A stretch of 61,688 bases of DNA, the filler included, from Nemertoderma westbladi (Eukaryota > Animalia > Xenacoelomorpha): assembly GCA_032718475.1 (NCBI GenBank). It is 3 parts of 3 records of this genome, joined end to end, with 100 filler letters (N's around TTAATTAATTAA, not from the genome) between each part and the next. Parts side by side here need not be neighbours in the genome. Positions count along the whole stretch, not along the records: positions 17,057 to 40,305 come from JAUCBJ010007899.1; 2 more parts are not named here. One strand, 5' to 3'. A program made the position numbers and the translations under genes. A model generated the notes under the pieces. That model had not been told where the DNA came from. It was given only the letters and a program-made list of their open reading frames with translations, and ran no database searches. Positions 25,399 through 36,035 of this stretch are shown piece after piece (the stretch's first letter is position 1; each line of letters starts with the position of its first letter).

Positions 25399-26980
25399 AT
25401 AAGGTTGTGGATAAAAATACAACAAATACAACTATATTTCAATATCAATAAATTATCAATATTGTAAACTTGTATATGGTTATTTTCGCTCTGAATTCTG
25501 CTCGCGTGTGCACACTGCACATGGTCTTTGTTACAATTTGAAAAAACATCAATGATGTAACGTAAACACTAATCTAATAATCATACACAATACCAGTACT
25601 GCGATAATACACAGTGACAACCAGTGTCAACAGCCAGGGAGTGACAACCAACACCTAAACACAATATAATATATCAGAACCGGTAACTAACACCAATAGG
25701 CTATAGCTACACGTAGTACACATCTCTCATACCAGTTATATATTCTTTATTTTCTTAAAAATATAATATTTCACATTTACATGATTTGTACTATTCATAC
25801 AATAATATATTCATTGCTTAGTATTTACTTCTTTAGTGAAAAATATATCTTAACAATAATATAATACAAACAAAAATCAAACTCACATAAATTTCAAAAA
25901 TGCATTAACTTTATATTGTAATAAATTGTTCAGAAATGGAAAAATGAGAAAGCGCATCACCGGGGGTTGAACCAGTGCTATACGTACGTTTCGGTCTATC
26001 AGGCCTCATCTAGCACTAATAGCAAGCCACTCTCCCCTGACGTTATTCACCTTTCTATTTACTCAATTTCTACTGAACAGGCAGTCTTTATTTAGTTGCA
26101 TATCATATCTTCATAGGCCTAATTACTAAAATTTGTTCCATAACCCCAATCTCTCTATATATAAATCTACTTGAAATGGGCTAGTATATCATATCCCGAA
26201 CGTTCCTTAGGTCTGGTGTATTTTTTTATATTTTGACAGACAGACTAAAAAGACAGACTTTTTTTTAAATTTTAGAAACTGATACCATAAATGAAATCTC
26301 AGACCAGGAAAACCCCATAGCCAAAAGTTTTAGCTAAATGTAGTGAGATTTTTTACACTGTATTTTCACAAACAGACAAAAAACAGACTAACAGACAAAC
26401 AGACAGAGTTTCAAGCGGTTTGGACTCATGATATGGTTTTAAAGTGTCAATATCCATAATCTACGGAAAATTGTGATCTTAAACAACTAAAAAAAAAAAA
26501 TCTCAAAAATTTTATTTTTTTGAAAATTTTAAGGGTTCCATCTCCCCTTAACAAATCTACCAAGTTGTGTTTTGACTCAACTAAATGCAGTTCAACACCT
26601 TCATATTTCATATCTGTCGTAGAGCAGCAAGTTCAATCTCCAATCGCTCATTTATGAGCGATAGCGATAGCGATAGCGATCGTATTAAAATAGTCATAAA
26701 GGCATTTACTATCAGTATAAAGTTTAATTGCCTTTATAGATACATCCAATATTCCTGTAATAGGGCTTTTAGAAACATTGTATAGTCTAAACTTGACCCA
26801 GCCACCAAGAGTTCTGCACCATATGTAAATCTGCACACACGCTGAATCTGGTTGGAATGCCAGAACAAAACATTGCTACAATTAACATCATCTGTCAAGA
26901 AAGAGATGCAACCAGACGGACATCCTCCAGATTAGCGAAACCTCCATCAACATATCGTCATGTGGCATTAAAAAGGCACT

Positions 26981-28260
26981 CAGTATCTCAGTACTATCAC
27001 TAGACGCTATCTCAGTACTATCTCTAGGCGCTATCTCAGTACTATCTCTAGGCGCTATCTCAGTACTATCTCTAGGCGCTATCTCAGTACTATCTTTAGG
27101 CGCTATCTCAGTACTATCTCTAGGCGCTATCTCAGTACTATCTCTAGGCGCTATCTCAGTACTATCTCTAGGCGCTATCTCAGTACTATCTCTAGGCGCT
27201 ATCTCAGTACTATCTCTAGGCGCTATCTCAGTACTATCTCTAGGCGCTATCTCAGTACTATCTCTAGGCGCTATCTCAGTACTATCTCTAGGCGCTATCT
27301 CAGTACTATCTTTAGGCGCTATCTCAGTACTATCTCTAGGCGCTATCTCAGTACTATCTCTAGGCGCTATCTCAGTACTATCTCTAGGCGCTAACTCAGT
27401 ACTATCTCTAGGCGCTATCTCAGTACTATCTCTAGGCGCTATCTCAGTACTATCTCTAGGCGCTATCTCAGTACTATCTCTAGGCGCTATCTCAGTACTA
27501 TCTCTAGGCGCTATCTCAGTACTATCTCTAGGCGCTATCTCAGTACTATCTCTAGGCGCTATCTCAGTACTATCTCTAGGCGCTATCTCAGTACTATCTC
27601 TAGGCGCTATCTCAGTACTATCTCTAGGGGCTATCTCAGTACAATCTCTAGGCGCTATCTCAGTACTATCTCTAGGCGCTATCTCAGTACTATCTCTAGG
27701 CGCTATCTCAGTACTATCTCTAGGCAGTATCTCAGTACTATCTCTAGGCACTATCTCAGTACTATCTCTAGGCGCTATCTCAGTACTATCTCTAGGCGCT
27801 ATCTCAGTACTATCTCTAGGCGCTATCTCAGTACTATCTCTAGGCGCTATCTCAGTACTATCTCTAGGCAGTATTTCAGTACTATCTCTAGGCAGTATCT
27901 CAGTACTATCTCTAGGCGCTATCTCAGTACTATCTCTAGGCGCTATCTCAGTACTATATCTAGGTGCTATCTCAGTACTATCTCTAGGCAGTATCTCAGT
28001 ACTATCTCTAGGCAGTATCTCAGTACTATCTCTAGGCGCTATCTCAGTACTATCTCTAGGCGCTATCTCAGTACTATCTCTAGGCGCTATCTCAGTACTA
28101 TCTCTAGGCGCTATCTCAGTACTATCTCTAGGCGCTATCTCAGTACTATCTCTAGGCAGTATCTCAGTACTATCTCTAGGCGCTATCTCAGTACTATCTC
28201 TAGGCGCTATCTCAGTACTATCTCTAGGCGCTATCTCTTTACTATCTCTAGGCAGTATCT
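26981..28260. repeat. 24-bp minisatellite (CTATCTCAGTACTATCTCTAGGCG), ~53 copies
   Basis: Visible tandem array built of two related half-units; gives the PRDSTEIA-repeat ORF 26888-28333. Confidence 0.98.
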
Positions 28261-28559
28261 TACAAACTGTGGAAATTGAACTTATGCAATTGGTCAACAA
28301 ATTTCTAAGATAGCGTATTTCTAACGAATTCATTAAAAAGGAGCTACAGGTATCTCAGAAACTATATAGACATTGCATCTTTCTAACCAATTATTAGAAA
28401 GGCACTATCTTAGGATACCTCATAGAAGTTCTAAGATAGAGCCTTTTTAATGAATTCGTTAAAAAGGAGCTATCTTGGAATTCGTCAATATTCTAGTTTC
28501 AAGTTTTATTGAATTTTCTGCATTTAATTTAAATCAAATGATTTAAATGTGATAATTTT

Positions 28560-30640
28560 AATAACAACCCACTATCAAAAATAATATCATCTGATGTGGA
28601 ATGTTATAGGCTTTCACATGAAATGAATATCTAAATTTTTCACAAATTTGAGATAGAGCCTTTTTATTGCCACATGATGTTGTTATGTCTCGATTTATTA
28701 TGATTATTATACATTTATCAAGATTATCAGTTCTACAAACAATTTCAACTGGTTCAGCTCCTTTTGCTTTACGTAAAAGTTTATTTGCTGCTTTTATATG
28801 TCTTATCTTTAGATTATTAGCATGTCCTAACAAAACAGAGTCACCATATAAGATATCTGGACGTGTCGAAGTTGCCAGCCACAATGTCGAAGTTGCAATG
28901 CAGAAGTAGAGATCCTAGTAAAGAGCGGAAATCATGTTCATAATCTTGAGCATCATCTAGCTTGCTAGACTTTTTATCAAGGTTAATAATTAACGTTATA
29001 TCATCTAAGTAATTGGGCTGTGAGTAAATTATTGTAAAATAATCTGAATACTCGAGTTTCAATATTCAAATCTGTATAATTAAACAAATCGTTTTCTCGA
29101 GTTCCAATATCCAAATTGGTTTCCAACTTAGCTATTATGTTTTGACGAAATTTGGATCTTCCACCAAACATCAAGTTCAACACATGTACATGTGTACCAC
29201 AACATGTGAACCACAACATGTAGTACCATTACACCACATATAAATTGATTCATAAAATAAAAATACACAGCACATTTGGCACAAGTCATACCATGCTCCT
29301 TCAATAGTTCATTAACACGGTCGTGCCACAGCCGAGGAGCATCCACTAAAACCATAAGCACCCTTTAAAAGCTTCCAGCAATTCTTTGTTGCAGTGTGAC
29401 GGGAACCAACTGAGTTGGCAGTGTCGGCTCCCGACAGGTGTGTGGATTGTACGCATCGCCGCGTCCGTGGGCTGCTGAGCTGCTACTGGAAATATTAGAT
29501 CAATAACTGAGTTCTGTTGTCAGTATTAATATCACAGTAAACGATAATAGCACAGTCAGAATATAATAGCATGCAATACAACGGTTAGTGACGACGGTCA
29601 AAACTGTTCCAGTCTCACAACTGTAAACAAACCAACTAAACTAACAATCTATAATCACAACGGTTATATCATTGACACATGACTAACTAACTATCCTAAC
29701 TATCCAATAGATGCGCTCTAATCACCCCTAATGTGCTTTCCCACCCACTATTGGCTTAACCTGATTAATTGTCACCTCGCCACTCCATGTTGCCATTATC
29801 CCTTCGTGCTAGCCTTACTAGCTTGTTTCTCCCTCTGAGGTGGTTTGACCCCTCACCTCTCTCTGTGGCTTACGGCGTGTATCATCCCAGTTGGTTATGA
29901 GGTGACATTATTATTGGTAATGTCACCCCGCCAACTATATTGGTAAAATGCCACTAATCCCATTTTCGGTGGGTAATGCACAGAATTGAATCCGCTTACA
30001 TGCAGCCTCCACAGGTGGTTTTACAAACACTCTTTCATTCTCACATATTCTCTTTGTCGTACATTTCCTTGCAAAAGTGCTGCTTTGACATCTATCAAAT
30101 TAGGTCTAAACCCCAGAGAAGGCATCACTGCTAATATACCTTTCAAAATATCACGTTTAGCTGTGGGGGATTCTGTTACAGGAACATGTTTGTTAATATC
30201 TTGAAACCCACATATAACTAGTCACACCTTTATATAAACATTTCCATTATTGTCGACTTTGTCTCTTATCACCCATTTAGAAGAAACTAGTGGAATGACC
30301 ACTGATACTTTATTTATTTCCTCATATACATTACGTATTTCCCAGTTCTCCAGCTCGGCCGTCTTTGCTTCATTTTCTTCTGTGAAGTATATTTCATCAA
30401 TTCCATAGCGTTTAATTGGTTTAATCACTTTTGTTGGTCTTTCCGATGAACCATCAGAATTCATTTCCATTGTAGACAAATCAATTGATGGAAGTGAATT
30501 ATTTGTGTCATCATCATCATCATCATCATGTCATTGCTATTTAATTTTCAATGTAACAGACTGTAAGACATTATTTTCCATACATTGCATAAATTGAGTA
30601 TCTTCTTCTGAACTTTCTTCAGTGAGTTCCATCAGTGAGT
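28560..30640 (-). mobile_element. Decayed Ty1/Copia RT region (GalEa-like), interrupted by a solo LTR
   Basis: SSKWVI, ESPT, IDVKAALLQG, CWKL...LVDAPRLW and WLATSTRPDI motifs across broken frames. Confidence 0.8.
29395..30000. mobile_element. Solo LTR (copy 2), 606 bp
   Basis: TGTGAC...TTACA termini with exact 5-bp TSD TGCAG (29390-29394 and 30001-30005); splits the Copia RT coding sequence. Confidence 0.9.
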
Positions 30641-30769
30641 CTTCTACATTTTGGTGCTTTAACCAGTAAGTCACAAACAAGAGTACAACCGAGTTTAGAC
30701 AACCAAGTTTAGATAGAGTGCAGCCGAGTTTAGACAACCAAGTTTAGATAGAGTGCATCCGAGTTTAGA

Positions 30770-31210
30770 ACATGCTGTAGCTTGTTTAAACTTTGCAGAC
30801 AAGTCATAATATAGTGAATTATCCAATTAATTGGAGATGAGAGCATGGATCAATGTTTCTAATCTGCTTTTGTTGAGATATCTTCTTATTTTTAAAGATT
30901 GCGGTAATGAAAATGTGCTTCTTTTACAACTCTCGAATCTACTTGTCCATCATTAAGTAATTGTCCACTATACAACCAATGTTTCGCACTGATAGTCCAC
31001 TCTTGACTATATCGGATCCAATTGTAATCTCTGTATTAATAATCCCACCAAATTTAGATTGGAACAATAAAACTTCCGTTTTGTAGGAGTTCATTTTAAG
31101 AAAATGTATTTTCATCCAACTTGAACATCCTGTAGACCTTTTTCTGTAATACGAACAGTATCATCTAAGTCACATTTATTAAAAATAATATACAGCTGCT
31201 GAACCATTCT
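30770..31210 (-). mobile_element. Decayed L2/CR1-like LINE fragment (RT C-terminal region)
   Basis: Manual translation gives WMKIHFLKMNSYKTEVLLF, SVRNIGCIVD and RRYL...ETLIHALIS, with stops. Confidence 0.65.
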
Positions 31211-31229
31211 AAGTTTATTCTAGGTTTAG

Positions 31230-33030
31230 GTAACAAATATAATTAGAAACCAAACATTTGTCATCCAATTCAGTTTATAAGTTTGGAAATGGAGGTATAA
31301 AAAATTCGATGTTTACAGCTGCCATTCCAGTATTCATGTTTAGAAAAGAAATGAACTTGAAGACTGATGTTGTTACTGGCACTTGTCCTCTACTTCTAAG
31401 CTGTATGTCCTTAGCCAAACTCTACTTAAATATAGATTTTTCTTTGAAAACAGGATCTATTTTATGAAAAACTGTTGCCTTTCAACCACAGACTAAAAAA
31501 GTATAAGTTTGTATACCATTACTGGATCAAACAATCATGCAAACTTTTAATAAACAGATATCAGTCAATGAAGAAGTTACTTTTAATTCAAAGGATTGTG
31601 CTGAAAATAATCCTGAAAATTGTGAAAGTTCAAATATTGTTGAGCATAGAAAGTCTGCAAAGGAAGTAGCAGTAAAACTCCATTGACAATTTGGCCATCG
31701 TAGTCACTGAAATTAGTAACATGAAATGTACTATTAGTCTTGAAAATGTAAAACCAGCACCAAGACTTAAAGTATCCCTCCCATTAGCTCATGATTATGG
31801 AGAGATAGGTGCACTGGATCTAACTGAGTGGGTTGATCCAGTGTCTTCGAAGCAGCATACTGTTCCTATAATACTGAAATATTATAATTGTTCCATTATG
31901 ATTGATTTAGCTACACGATTTTCAATGGCTTCTTTAGTTGCTGATAAATTATCAGAAACTATTATTCATGATATTTAAGCTAAATGGTTGCAACATTATG
32001 GTGTTCCAAGAACACTTTTCTCTGATAACGGTGATAAATTTGTTAATGAGTTGATTGAAGATCTTCAGACGGAAGTTTGGTTCAAAGTTACTAACAACTG
32101 CAGCATATTCGCCTTTTTCTAATGGAGTTTGTGAAAGGTACAATGGAATATTGAAAGAAATTATTACCAAATGCGCCATAATAATCCAACTATTTCTGTT
32201 ATTAGGATATGCTCTATTGGCAAAGAATAGTTTAGCTAATCGGAATGGGTTTTCTCCATATCAATTTGTCTTTGGGAGAAATCCATATATCCCCCCAGTT
32301 CTAAATGCAGATCCACCAATGCTAGATGATAACACAAGTTGTTCTACCATCAGGAACATATTGAATGGGATTCATTTAACACGAAATGCATTTTATATTA
32401 TTACCTTATTATGTTATTTATGAGTTGCATTATGTGACTAAGTGGCAAGAGTAATTGGATCTGATAGTGAAATTGTTTTTGTTCATCGTGGTGGATTTGT
32501 TATTAAAGTACACTCAAGATATCTTCAAAGACCATATGAAGATTAGGGTATTGTAAATAAGGCTGAAGTAAGTTCAGAAGAAGATACTCAATTTATGAAA
32601 TGCATTGAAAATAATGTCTTACAGTCTGTTACAGTGAAAAATAAAATTGCAAATGACGATGACACAAATAATTCATCTCCATCAATTGATTCGTCTACAA
32701 TTGAAATGAATTCTGATGGTTCATTGGAAAGACCAACAAGAGTAATTAAACCAATTAAACGCTATGGAATTGATGAAATATACTTCACAGAAGAAAATGA
32801 AGCAAAGCTGGAGAACTGGAAAATACGTAATGTATATGAAGAAATAAGTAAAGTATCAGTGGAAATGGGTGATAAGAGACAAAGTCGACAATAATGGAAA
32901 TGTTTATATAAAGGTGTGACTAGTTATACATGGGTTTCAAGATATTAACAAACATGTTCCTGTACCAGAATCCCCCACAGCTAACCATGATGTTTTGAAA
33001 GGTATATTAACAATGACGGCTTGTCTATCA
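31230..33030 (+). mobile_element. Decayed Ty1/Copia pol (protease end, integrase, RT start; GalEa-like)
   Basis: YKFGNG, QFGH, MIDLATRFS, SDNG, AAYSPFSNGVCERYN and GFSPYQFVFGRNP; integrase precedes RT. ~32570-33025 is an inverted copy of ~30120-30620. Confidence 0.82.
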
Positions 33031-33092
33031 CCGTAACTTCTTCTTAAGAACTAATAGTACTGCTAGAACTTAGCCAGGACTAAGCTTAAGGG

Positions 33093-33955
33093 ATACTGAA
33101 CTATCTACATCACACCACTCTCTTCCATACTGTACTGTACATCACATCACTCGCTTCCATACTGAACTATCTACATCGTACCACTCGCTTCCATACTGAT
33201 CTATCGATATCACACCACTCGCTTCCATACTGAACTATCTATATCAAACCACTCGCTTCCATACTGAACTATCTACAGCACACCATTCGCTTCCATACTG
33301 AACTATCTAATCACACCACTCGCGTCCATACTGTGCTGTTTATCACACCACTCGTTTCCATACTGTGCTGTATATCACACCACTCGCTTCCATACTGGAC
33401 TATCTACAACACACCACTCGCTTCCATACTGAACTATCTACATCGCACCACTCGCTTCAATACTGTGCTGTATATCACACCACTCGCTTCCATACTGGAC
33501 TATCTACAATACACCACTCGCTTCCATACTGAACTATCTACATCGCACCACTTGCTTCCATACTGATCTATCGATATCACACCACTCGCTTTCATACTGA
33601 TCTATCGACATCACACCACTCGCTTCCATACTGAACTATCTATATCACACCACTCGCTTCCATACTGAACTATCTATATCACACCACTCGCTTCCATACT
33701 GATCTATCGACATCACACCACTCGCTTCCATACTGAACTATCTATATCAAACCACTCGCTTCCATACTGAACTATCTACAGCACACCAATCGCTTCCATA
33801 CTGAACTATCTAATCACACCACTCGCTTCCATACTGTGCTGTTTATCACACCACTCGTTTCCATACTGTGTTGTATATCACACCACTCGCTTCCATACTG
33901 GACTATCTACAACACACCACTCGCTTCCATACTGAACTATCTACATCGCACCACT
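33093..33955. repeat. 32-34-bp minisatellite (CACACCACTCGCTTCCATACTGAACTATCTACAT), ~26 copies, with a higher-order repeat offset of 503 bp
   Basis: Visible units; identical variant series begin at 33333 and 33836. Confidence 0.95.
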
Positions 33956-34057
33956 GCACTACAGGCAGACAGGTTTCTGTCGGCCAATACTGCAATACTA
34001 CTGCACTACTGTACTACCTACCACCTACCGTACCATTCGCGCATATAATCACCAAAA

Positions 34058-35917
34058 ATGACGTCTCCCATAACTGGGAGAATTGAAAAAGATGACCAAG
34101 TCAGCGAGGACAACGAATCCATGAATCTCTGGTACATGGCCGAATCACCATCCACAGCTACCGGGCCCGGTAGCTGCAGTTCGGATCAGAAACGTGCGGA
34201 AGCAACCAACATGAACGACACAGTCGTCTGGGATGGGCTATCGTCACAACTCGACCCGTCCAATGACCCAAGTAAACCGCCCACTCCCTGTAACCCTACC
34301 CAGGCTACTAGTATCAAGCCCCTTAATGAGGAATCAATGGACCAACTGTGGAGCTATGTTCGCGAGTTATCAACATGTATAATTACTCTGGAACATCAAC
34401 TATCGCAGCTGCATCAAGTTCGCAGGAACGACTTATCCCGTATCGCTGTGTTTGAAAAACGATTGTACGATCTACAAGCCGGAGCCGGTGCGGTAGTCAG
34501 TCCGCATACCGCTGATACCATCGCCATCTCACCAGCAGCAGAGGAACCGCAATCAATCCAACCCATCCCTAATGCTTCATTGGCAATACATCAACAGTCT
34601 TCAGCTGCACCGGCCATGGACAACGTACCGGTTAGCGACAACAACGACATGGAATTAAACAGTGTTAATTCTGAGCAACCAACAATTCCCGTATTGTTGG
34701 TTGAGGATGAGGACCAACTTGGCCTACCGTACACCGCTAAATCTGACGAGCCGTTTACCACGATCGAAAATCAGAAGTTCAATAGAATTGATAATCTACT
34801 ATTCATGGATAGTAACAGGAACCACCTCGTAACTAACCAATTAAAAGCAGCGACCCGAATGATTCCAACGTCAACTACCGAAACTCTGATCAACAACATA
34901 ACACGGGCTACAAAGCAGTTTTCAAACATATCCACTGTGTTCATAATGGTGGGAACGAATGACACCACTGGAAATGATTCACCAAACCATATTACTACGA
35001 TGATGAATAACATCACGAAAGCTATCGAGATTGGACGATCCGCTTGGATAAACTGTAGGTTTATTATATCACACCTACTAGTCCGAGCTGACTACCCAAT
35101 ACAACACGTAAACAAAAGAATTGATCGTTTAGGACAGCGGCTTGGTTTAGCTGTATCTACATTCGACCATATTCGCGTATCCCATCTGCGACCAGGGGAC
35201 TCGAAACACCTACACATCTGTCACGCTGGATTACTAGCGCGAACGATTAAAACGCACCTACAAGGGAACCGAGGTTTCCCTGCGCCTAAACATAAATCGT
35301 ACCAGAACGCTCTGATGGATAATCGTACTCCGCTCCAACGTAACCATCCGGCACCAACCGGTGGGCTTCCCAACCCACGGCCCGCTGGAGCTTATCCAAG
35401 AGCTCCACTCGAACGCCGTGCTCCATCGCCGTCTGCCCCCCACTCCGACCCCCAGTGGCAGCTAGATGGAGGATATCCCGTTGCCCCACGCCGCAGTCAG
35501 TCGCCACCCGGAGTGTATTGTAACACTCTATGGCGGCCAACCGGAGCATATCCACAACGTAACACTCCAACACCTACAGCTCCTTACTCCCAGTGCGCCC
35601 AGTCGTTGCCCACCTCGTACTCCGACGCAATATTCCCGCTTACTGGAGCATATGCGGCTCCACCACAGCGGAATGTACCGGCACCCGGAGGCTACGGCGG
35701 TTTCATCGATCCACTTAACCGCACCACTTTATTACCTTCTCCCACTCCTTATGACGTGGAATATCCACCAATTTCCCCAATCAACCAGACAAACATCCCA
35801 AGGGCAACCCAACCGTACCTCGCTCCGCTAAACAGCAAAGCATCGACCACGCCTAACAGGGAAATAATGATGTCCGCAGCACTTAACCTTCTTAATCACT
35901 GCCTTGGGCAACAATAA
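34058..35917 (+). CDS. LINE ORF1 with coiled coil, SGNH/GDSL esterase-like domain and Pro-rich tail
   Basis: 619 aa. Heptad-like LWSYVRELSTCIITLEHQLSQL; SGNH-like blocks LLFMDSN, IMVGTND and DSKH. Esterase-type ORF1 is known in CR1/L2/RTE-X LINEs. Confidence 0.8.
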   Translation: MTSPITGRIEKDDQVSEDNESMNLWYMAESPSTATGPGSCSSDQKRAEATNMNDTVVWDGLSSQLDPSNDPSKPPTPCNPTQATSIKPLNEESMDQLWSYVRELSTCIITLEHQLSQLHQVRRNDLSRIAVFEKRLYDLQAGAGAVVSPHTADTIAISPAAEEPQSIQPIPNASLAIHQQSSAAPAMDNVPVSDNNDMELNSVNSEQPTIPVLLVEDEDQLGLPYTAKSDEPFTTIENQKFNRIDNLLFMDSNRNHLVTNQLKAATRMIPTSTTETLINNITRATKQFSNISTVFIMVGTNDTTGNDSPNHITTMMNNITKAIEIGRSAWINCRFIISHLLVRADYPIQHVNKRIDRLGQRLGLAVSTFDHIRVSHLRPGDSKHLHICHAGLLARTIKTHLQGNRGFPAPKHKSYQNALMDNRTPLQRNHPAPTGGLPNPRPAGAYPRAPLERRAPSPSAPHSDPQWQLDGGYPVAPRRSQSPPGVYCNTLWRPTGAYPQRNTPTPTAPYSQCAQSLPTSYSDAIFPLTGAYAAPPQRNVPAPGGYGGFIDPLNRTTLLPSPTPYDVEYPPISPINQTNIPRATQPYLAPLNSKASTTPNREIMMSAALNLLNHCLGQQ

Positions 35918-36035
35918 ATCCATACAGGCCGACTAAATCAGTAAATTAATGTAATATTAAAGATTTTACACGCCGATATACAAATTATTAAGTCTATATC
36001 ATTGACTACTCTATAAATGTTATACATTCAGTATT

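Noticed and set aside
26140-26551. Possible Helitron- or Kolobok-like non-autonomous element (ACAG repeats, CCCCTTAA end)
   Set aside because: Could not identify a matching second end or TSD.
18062-30000. Single 12-kb LTR retrotransposon bounded by the two similar LTRs
   Set aside because: Each LTR has its own distinct TSD and no gag-pol lies between them.
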